A DNA stretch of 13,245 nucleotides from Candidatus Sigynarchaeum calidifontis (GTDB lineage: Archaea; Asgardarchaeota; Lokiarchaeia; Sigyniarchaeales; Sigyniarchaeaceae), in NCBI GenBank assembly GCA_030587475.2, contig JAUQYZ020000178.1, positions 1-13,245 of the forward strand. The letters are read 5' to 3'. Below the pieces are notes generated by a model, which was not told where the DNA came from, ran no database searches, and saw only the letters and a program-made list of their open reading frames with translations. Below, one piece after another: positions 1 through 6,439 of the stretch; the stretch's first letter is position 1; the number at the start of each line of letters is the position of its first letter. The translations under genes and the position numbers were made by a program.

Positions 1-650
1 TCCCCAATCGTGCAAGCGGCTTCCCCTTTTTCTCGGATGAAATTGATGAGGGGGCGAGCAAAGACTGCGGCGGGATCCCGCAACGACAGCGCCTTTTCAC
101 GGGCGTCCAGCTCGTCGAGGATGCCCTGGAAACCGAGCCGCAAGACCTTCTCGTAACCGATGATCGTGTGGTTCTCGGGCGTGGCATAGGCCACGTAAAG
201 CCCCGCGGCACTCGCCTTCGACGCCTCGACCGAAATGTCCGGGAAATACTCGCCCCGAGGGAGAATATCTTCCAGGTCATCGTTGAGCGTTTCGACGCAA
301 AAGTCGATTTGCGATGGTGTCAACAGTCCTTTTGAAAGGTACTCGGTGAACCGGGCCTTGTGGGGTGGGGCGATGCTCAGCTCGAACCCCATCGTGGCGT
401 CATCGAGGTAATAATTGTATCCCACGAGCAGCTCGCAAACATCTTCGGTCACGTGTATGTGTGGATTGAAATGGGCGACGACCGATGCCAGGCAATGAGA
501 TACCTTTTGATACCACGTCCAGTTGGGCATCGTCTCGACCAGGCCTGCGAGGTACCAGTAAATGCGCTGCCCGATGTAAGGCGTCTGCGTTTCTTTCCCG
601 TGAAGGGCAAATTCACGCAATTTCTCTATTCTGCTCGTGAGCGGTATCAT
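1..650 (-). CDS. Glycyl-radical enzyme / pyruvate formate-lyase family protein, N-terminal 216 aa (runs off the left edge)
   Basis: Hand translation of the reverse strand from ATG at 650 is open to the window edge: MIPLTSRIEKLREFALHG...CELLVGYNYY...PENHTIIGYEKVLRLGFQGILDELDAREKAL...FIREKGEAACTIG. The 'RIEKLRE', 'ELLVG' and 'H(T/I)xxxYEKVLxxGFxGIxxE' segments match the N-terminal part of the PFL-like GRE barrel. The Cys and Gly loops lie outside the window. Confidence 0.75.
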   Translation of the reverse strand, partial: MIPLTSRIEKLREFALHGKETQTPYIGQRIYWYLAGLVETMPNWTWYQKVSHCLASVVAHFNPHIHVTEDVCELLVGYNYYLDDATMGFELSIAPPHKARFTEYLSKGLLTPSQIDFCVETLNDDLEDILPRGEYFPDISVEASKASAAGLYVAYATPENHTIIGYEKVLRLGFQGILDELDAREKALSLRDPAAVFARPLINFIREKGEAACTIG

Positions 651-680
651 GGTCCACGGGGTGGAGTAGATAATGGCGGT

Positions 681-708
681 ATTATATGTTCTCGGCTATC
701 GTTTAAAC
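681..708 (-). promoter_or_regulatory. Candidate archaeal TATA box(es) for the GRE gene
   Basis: On the minus strand, GTTTAAAC (708-701) and GAGAA-CATATAAT (693-681) form AT-rich islands 30-58 nt upstream of the ATG at 650. Confidence 0.35.
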
Positions 709-829
709 CGATTGATGTTCCCTTGCCTTGGTCTGGCCGTGCTTCTCCATGCTCTTCATTCTCGCATGCGAGCCTTGAGATAGGTCACGAGTTCCGTTCG
801 TGTCCGTTGAACCTAGGGCAATGCACGGG

Positions 830-840
830 TTTTAAAAATA
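830..840 (+). promoter_or_regulatory. Candidate TATA box for the 893 gene
   Basis: TTTTAAAAATA lies about 55 nt upstream of ATG 893 in an otherwise GC-rich context. Confidence 0.4.
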
Positions 841-892
841 CCATGTCCATAGCTCCAACATCGCAGCATGGAATGCGTGAAAGTGAAAGCCA

Positions 893-2059
893 ATGGGAAA
901 AAGCGTCCTCGTGCTCGGGGCATATGGCCACGTCGGCCGCTGCATCGTTCCAGAACTCGTGAAGATGGCTGGCATCGACCGCGTGGTCGCGACCGGCCGG
1001 ATAAAAACGAAGCTGGAGTCTTGCTTCTCCGGGATCACGGCGAGCAACCTCGAGTTGCGCACGCTCGACGTGTTCGACAAGCTTGCCCTTCAATCGAGTT
1101 GCCAGGGTATGGATCTCGTCATTAACTGCGTGGGCCCGTACGCGTGGCGTGGTTCGGAAATTACAACAGATGTGATAACCAATGGTGTAAATTATATCGA
1201 CTTCGCGAACGAACAGAGCCATTATCGCCGCCTTCAAAGGATCGCCATCGTTGCAGAGCAAAACGGGCTTGTACTCGTCACCGGCGCGGGAACATCGCCC
1301 GGTATATCGACCATGCTTTTCCAGAAGGGGAAGGAGGCCATCCCCGCTGCAACGACGTTTGAGATGTTCTATGCATCGGGCCGGCATCCGACACGCGAGG
1401 AAGGTTTCGGGAGCGTGATGGGCGCCATCGTCGAGACCGGCTTCGATCCCGTCGCCTGGATCGGCGGCAAGCCCGTGAAGATGCCCCTCGGGAAGGAATA
1501 CAGGAGCGTGCAATTGCCCGCGCCATACGGAGCTTGTAATATGATCTCGTTCCCGACGATCGATGCACTCATAGTTCCCAAGATGCTGGGCGCGGAAACC
1601 GTTAACACCTTCTGGTCGATGGGAAATATCCCGTTCGGCCTTCCCACGCTCATAAAGTTATTCAAGCCGCACAAGCGCGAATGGGCGTATGAACAGTTCG
1701 CCAAGCTCGTCCGCTCCACGATGAACCGCGATTACGATCGGGCAGTGCGTGACTCGCTCGGCATCGAATCGATCATGCTCGTGACAGTATCGAGCGCTTC
1801 CGAGCGATGGGAAGCAACCATGACTTTCCCGAAAGGTGGCGGTGCCGCCGCGTCCTACATGGCCTTGCTCGCCGCGAAGAAAGTCCTCTCGGGGCGCGTG
1901 AAAAAAGCAGGGCTGGTTACGCCCGGCGATGGCATAGCCACCCCCACGGAGCTGATAGAAACCATGCACGAATCCGGCTGGACTGGCAAACTGGAATCGA
2001 AAACAACCCGTCCCGTTTCGTGCAGTACCCGGAAAAGCGATGAAAAAATAAAGTCATAG
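893..2059 (+). CDS. Saccharopine dehydrogenase-like NAD(P)-dependent oxidoreductase (Sacchrp_dh_NADP domain)
   Basis: N-terminal Rossmann motif VLVLGAYGHVG, plus DLVINCVGPY, NYIDFANE and GAGTSPGIS, and C-terminal AGLVTPG. All are typical of this family. Substrate unknown. Confidence 0.85.
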   Translation: MGKSVLVLGAYGHVGRCIVPELVKMAGIDRVVATGRIKTKLESCFSGITASNLELRTLDVFDKLALQSSCQGMDLVINCVGPYAWRGSEITTDVITNGVNYIDFANEQSHYRRLQRIAIVAEQNGLVLVTGAGTSPGISTMLFQKGKEAIPAATTFEMFYASGRHPTREEGFGSVMGAIVETGFDPVAWIGGKPVKMPLGKEYRSVQLPAPYGACNMISFPTIDALIVPKMLGAETVNTFWSMGNIPFGLPTLIKLFKPHKREWAYEQFAKLVRSTMNRDYDRAVRDSLGIESIMLVTVSSASERWEATMTFPKGGGAAASYMALLAAKKVLSGRVKKAGLVTPGDGIATPTELIETMHESGWTGKLESKTTRPVSCSTRKSDEKIKS

Positions 2060-2082
2060 ATGATGTCCGAGTCGGTTCGTCT

Positions 2083-3408
2083 TTACAATCTTGGCGGGGC
2101 AGGAAGTCGACGATTCGCCCAGATCTCGTCAGCCTTTCGAGCCCAGCCCTCGAAATCGTCTGGCTTCTCCGGGTACCGCTGGTAATGCTTCTTGATCCGT
2201 CCAGCAAGCCCGTTGATCCGCAACACGTGCTTGATGCTCTTCAAGGATACCTTCCGCCGGAATAGCCCCCCGATCACCTTGAAGATGATCTTGGCGAGCG
2301 CCCCGAACGATAGTGCGAACTCGCCGTGCGCGTTGTCATCGTCGTTGCTGCTGGTGGACGTGTCGACGATGGGGCGTAGCTGTTCGAAGAGAAAATTTAT
2401 CTCCTTCTCCGGGATGAAGTGGACGAACGAGACGATCATGAGCGTGTGCGCCAGGTCCGCGCCTTCATGTCTGAAATGCTTCACGTTCACGTTCCAGAGG
2501 CGTTCCTTCGAGAGGTATTTCCCCGATTTCAGCGCGTTGTCGAACTCTGGTTCCACGTTCTTCAGCAGCGTCCACGTCTCCACGATGCCTCTTGCAGCCA
2601 GCGGGTTGATGATGGATGCCGAGTCGCCCGCGCAAAAGAAGCCGTCACCGACGAGCGAGTACGGGGGCGGCGACAAGGGGAAGAATGCGAATTCCTTCTT
2701 CTTCAACTCGAAGGGCGGGTAATGGTAGCGGTCGATGATCTCCGCCATCATTTTCTCCGCGTTCTCGAAAGAATCGGGGACGGCAATGCCCATGATGCAT
2801 TCATCCCCGCCATAGCCTGGATCGAAAAATTGGAAATAGGAAGGGATGATATCGCCCACCTTCGGATGGGGCTCGTCCGGTCTCTGCCATTTGATGTAAT
2901 GGAGAATCACGTAGAACATCCTGGTCGGGTCGTATTTCCACGTGTCCACGCCATAGTCCTTGGGCAAGGTGGAGCGGACTGCACAAGCAACTCCCGATGC
3001 ATCGACCACGAGGCGTGCGAGGATTTCACGCCGTGCACCCTCCTTCTCGACCCGGGCGCCGGCGATCCGGCCATTTTCGAAGACCAGCTCCTTGAACTCG
3101 CACGAGAACTCTAGCCGGGCGCCGTCGGCTTCCAGCACCTTGTACATGCGCTGTAACCAGAGTGGCAGCCTCGATACCGCGATGTCCTTGTAGCTCAACA
3201 CGAACTCGGGCGGGTCTGTCGGGACCGGAATGCCCAGCTGTTTCATGACCCGCGGCACGAAGTGAATGATTTCCAACCGCTGGTTCACCTTTTCCCTCGC
3301 GTCCTTGTCGATTATCAAGACAGAATGACCTTTCTTGGCCATCAGCCAGCCAAAATAAACCCCCGTGGTGCCCGCGCCGACGACGAGCACGTCAACCTTT
3401 TCCGGCAT
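2083..3408 (-). CDS. NAD(P)/FAD-dependent oxidoreductase, geranylgeranyl-reductase/FixC-like
   Basis: FAD-binding DVLVVGAGTTG, ARLVVDASG (DG motif) and GFFCAGDSASIINPLAARGI (GD motif). It lies 14 nt downstream of the GDPD gene with a GAGTGA SD-like element, so the two are probably co-transcribed. Confidence 0.8.
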   Translation of the reverse strand: MPEKVDVLVVGAGTTGVYFGWLMAKKGHSVLIIDKDAREKVNQRLEIIHFVPRVMKQLGIPVPTDPPEFVLSYKDIAVSRLPLWLQRMYKVLEADGARLEFSCEFKELVFENGRIAGARVEKEGARREILARLVVDASGVACAVRSTLPKDYGVDTWKYDPTRMFYVILHYIKWQRPDEPHPKVGDIIPSYFQFFDPGYGGDECIMGIAVPDSFENAEKMMAEIIDRYHYPPFELKKKEFAFFPLSPPPYSLVGDGFFCAGDSASIINPLAARGIVETWTLLKNVEPEFDNALKSGKYLSKERLWNVNVKHFRHEGADLAHTLMIVSFVHFIPEKEINFLFEQLRPIVDTSTSSNDDDNAHGEFALSFGALAKIIFKVIGGLFRRKVSLKSIKHVLRINGLAGRIKKHYQRYPEKPDDFEGWARKADEIWANRRLPAPPRL

Positions 3409-3422
3409 GCCAGATCACTCGT

Positions 3423-4175
3423 TCATCGTTTGTTGTCCAAGAATTGAATCAAGCCTTCAGCGTTGTTCGTGAAGATCCCGTCGACCTCCATTTCCGCACA
3501 AGCTTCCCAGATGATCGGTGAATCCACGTTCCACACGTTCAAATACAAGCCCGCATCGTGGGCCGCTTTGACGAGCTCTTCGGACAAGTAAGCTTGATTC
3601 ACGTGGATACCTGTTGCCTTGAACAATCTCGCCTTGTAAAGGAACGTGTCCTCCATTACCGCGCGACTTGCCCCGTCATAGCTCTCCGCAGGCACGACGA
3701 TTGCACACCGCAAATCTGGCATTTCCTCCTTGATGCGCAGTAGTTCAACATGCTTGAAGCTCGAGGCGATCACCTCGCCTTCCACGCCGAGTTCTCGAAC
3801 CAGCCGGCCGATCTGTTTCGTGATGCCGAATTCCTTGATCTCGAGATGCATCCCTATCTTCCCCTTGCACAGCCGGAACACCTCTTCGAGGGTCGGGATG
3901 ACCTGGCCACTGCCGAGATCGATTGCCCGGAGCTCATCCAACGTGCTCATGTTCGTGCGGGCGTTAACCTTCCCGCAACGCTCCAACGACGCGTCGTGCG
4001 ATACAACAAGGACGCCATCCTTCGAAAGGCGGACATCAAACTCGATGTAATCGGCCCCGATGGCGATTGCTTTTTCAAAAGCAAGCAGCGTGTTTTCGGG
4101 GTATCTGGAACTGTAGCCCCTGTGCGCGATCACGGTCATCGGGCGCCCCGATGCCCTCTTCTGTTTGTCTATCAT
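3423..4175 (-). CDS. Glycerophosphodiester phosphodiesterase (GDPD/UgpQ-like)
   Basis: VIAHRGYSSRYPENTLLAF, IEFDVRLSKDG-VVSHD, IPTLEEV, LEIK, VWNVD and VDGIFTN give the full GDPD motif set. No signal peptide. Confidence 0.95.
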   Translation of the reverse strand: MIDKQKRASGRPMTVIAHRGYSSRYPENTLLAFEKAIAIGADYIEFDVRLSKDGVLVVSHDASLERCGKVNARTNMSTLDELRAIDLGSGQVIPTLEEVFRLCKGKIGMHLEIKEFGITKQIGRLVRELGVEGEVIASSFKHVELLRIKEEMPDLRCAIVVPAESYDGASRAVMEDTFLYKARLFKATGIHVNQAYLSEELVKAAHDAGLYLNVWNVDSPIIWEACAEMEVDGIFTNNAEGLIQFLDNKR

Positions 4176-4195
4176 TGATGATTACTTGGCATAGG

Positions 4196-4203
4196 GATTA
4201 ATG
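4196..4203 (-). promoter_or_regulatory. Candidate TATA box (CATTAATC) for a near-leaderless GDPD-oxidoreductase transcript
   Basis: ATTAAT at 4197-4202 lies 22-27 nt upstream of the ATG at 4175, the spacing expected for an archaeal leaderless mRNA. Confidence 0.3.
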
Positions 4204-4266
4204 ACTCTACGCCTAGAATCGATCAGATGATCGTATTGCGACATTCGACGTGGCGATGGTCGATCT

Positions 4267-6426
4267 ATGAGACGTAACGGTTTTCTCTTGTCGGCATTCA
4301 TGATCCTGGTGGCGTTTGTAGTCCAAGGCTTCTTTCTACCGGGGTTTTTTTGTAGTAAAACCGCCCGGCACGTGGACGTGCTGAGCTCGTCCCTTGAATC
4401 GTTCGTCAATTGCACGGGGGCTGGTCAATCCATCACGGTTAACGATCGGTTGCTGTTCAGGAACGCGAGGATCGACTTTGGATACGTCCCGGCGGGCAAC
4501 AATAGTGCTCGCTCCTTCGCAGCCTCGGCGACGCTGGAATCATTGGTCAATTCATCGTTCAGCGACGGGCGCGGCGCGGGCGTCCGGTACATCCTCGCGT
4601 ACAACAACACGGATGCACGACTCATCGAGGAAATCCGCATCTACCCTTCTTTAAACGCCGTGCTGCTCAACGCGTCGCTGTTTCCAAAAATAGACTTGTC
4701 ATTCAGCGGGGGACGATTCGAACTCTTGACTTGCGCGAAGTCCGACGTTCTCCCGTTCATGGATCCCGCGAAAAAATGGCTTTCCTACTTTGAAGGGCTC
4801 GATATCTGGGGAAATTTCGCCGTCAAGCTCGTCCGCGATGCCGACATTGATTATGCCCGCACGCCAGCGTTGATCCACGACACCTCCATCGGGCTACTCG
4901 TCGGGGCGATGACCTCGGAACTTCTCGAAACCGAGGTGATGCTCCACGGCTCGTCCTTCACGATCAAGATGCCCATCGTCGACGGGTACCAGGCACACAA
5001 CCAGACCGTGATCTCGCTAGAAACGTGCTGGATCCAGCTGGGAAGCAATTTTTCCGGCATGTTCATGTCTTACGCGAATCAAATCCGGCTATTTAACCCG
5101 CACGTGAGGGCGAGGACTGTCGAAAACTTTTTCAACGAATCAGCCGGCGCTTGCGATTGGTACAACCGTTACGGGAACATCAACGAGAACACGGTGTCGA
5201 CCGATCTCGACAAGACGATCTCGCTGGAAGATGGCGGTTACGGGTATTACATCATCGATTCCGGCTGGTGCTACGATGGCACGACCGGCCAGGATTACAA
5301 CTGGAGCACGTGGAACGCAATGAAATTCCCGAGCGGCGTTGGGACGATCGTTACGAAGGCACACGCTGCCGGGTACAAGGTCTTGCTCTGGAATCGCATC
5401 GGTTGGGCACCATTATGGGTGCAAGAAAATCATCCAGATTGGGTGCGTTGCTGGGGCAGCTGGGGGTACGTGCAAATGAACTTGAGCATGCCCGAGGTCC
5501 AGGCATACATGGCCGACGTGTTCGCGACATGGGCGGCGCAAGGCATCGACGGCATCAAGATCGATTTCATCACGGACACCATATACCAGGACGCGTGGAA
5601 CGCCGCGTTATGGAACGTGGACAAGACACGGGCAGAGCGAGCCAACCAGTACTTTGACTTGCTCGACCAGTACGCCTCGACGTACAACCTGCCAGTCTTG
5701 CTGTGTGGCACCCCCATCGGCTTGCCGTCACTTGCCAAATACCCCAACCTCGTGGCTTCCCGGGTCACTTGCGATAGCGGGTACCAGGGCTATTTCAATG
5801 ACTGGCAAATCAGGACGGCGCTGCTCCGATCGTTCTGGTGGGGCGCGGCCTTCAACACCCCGGATCCCGACGCGTTCGACACGAAAGACCTGCGCAGCGT
5901 GATGGTCGCATCGGCATGTGGTGGTGCTGTATACTACGGTGACAATTACAAGGACTTGAATGTACCCAACGCGAAGCTGGCGTGGACGCTCCGGTGGGAT
6001 GTCCCGGCCGTGCCCGAGAACCTTGCATACATGGGGGAAAACATCGTCGCCCGTGGCAGGTGGCATGGCCGTCCCGTCGTGATCGGCGTGAATCTCGATG
6101 GGCCAGGCATGCAGTGTCATGTCGACGAGCTCGGGGATAGCACTTCCGTCATTCGCATCGAGGTGCCCGTGGTCGGCATCTTCGGAGGAACCACGTGTTA
6201 TGCGGACGGCATCGGCGACCAATACGATCTCCAACTGGAACCCAAACACGCGGTGATGCTGATCTTCTACCAGGGGCAGCCCCCGCTCCCCGCGCAAGGT
6301 TGCATGGAGACCGAGCTGCTTACCTTCTTGGTGGGTCTGGCCGTTCCGGCAGCGTTCATGGCTGTCACGTTGTTGTATAACATCCGGACAATTTTCACCA
6401 AAAAGAACACGAAAAGGAAACCATGA
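4267..6426 (+). CDS. Membrane-anchored extracellular clan GH-D glycosidase (GH36/GH27 alpha-galactosidase-like)
   Basis: N-terminal signal/TM (aa 6-28). Motifs GACDWY, YYIIDSGW, KFPSG, HAAGYKVLLW, HPDW, GIDGIKID433F (nucleophile position), SRVTCD503 (acid/base position), PDPD and GGAVYYGD. C-terminal TM (aa ~684-704) followed by the basic tail TKKNTKRKP. Confidence 0.85.
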   Translation: MRRNGFLLSAFMILVAFVVQGFFLPGFFCSKTARHVDVLSSSLESFVNCTGAGQSITVNDRLLFRNARIDFGYVPAGNNSARSFAASATLESLVNSSFSDGRGAGVRYILAYNNTDARLIEEIRIYPSLNAVLLNASLFPKIDLSFSGGRFELLTCAKSDVLPFMDPAKKWLSYFEGLDIWGNFAVKLVRDADIDYARTPALIHDTSIGLLVGAMTSELLETEVMLHGSSFTIKMPIVDGYQAHNQTVISLETCWIQLGSNFSGMFMSYANQIRLFNPHVRARTVENFFNESAGACDWYNRYGNINENTVSTDLDKTISLEDGGYGYYIIDSGWCYDGTTGQDYNWSTWNAMKFPSGVGTIVTKAHAAGYKVLLWNRIGWAPLWVQENHPDWVRCWGSWGYVQMNLSMPEVQAYMADVFATWAAQGIDGIKIDFITDTIYQDAWNAALWNVDKTRAERANQYFDLLDQYASTYNLPVLLCGTPIGLPSLAKYPNLVASRVTCDSGYQGYFNDWQIRTALLRSFWWGAAFNTPDPDAFDTKDLRSVMVASACGGAVYYGDNYKDLNVPNAKLAWTLRWDVPAVPENLAYMGENIVARGRWHGRPVVIGVNLDGPGMQCHVDELGDSTSVIRIEVPVVGIFGGTTCYADGIGDQYDLQLEPKHAVMLIFYQGQPPLPAQGCMETELLTFLVGLAVPAAFMAVTLLYNIRTIFTKKNTKRKP

Positions 6427-6439
6427 TAAAACAAAAGCC

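Noticed and set aside
360-962. 200-aa plus-strand ORF from the track
   Set aside because: It is antisense to the GRE gene, crosses the promoter region, overlaps the 893 gene out of frame and shows no motifs.
4182-4415. 77-aa minus-strand ORF ending just upstream of GDPD
   Set aside because: It overlaps the GH signal-peptide region and the divergent promoter gap, and has no protein-like features.
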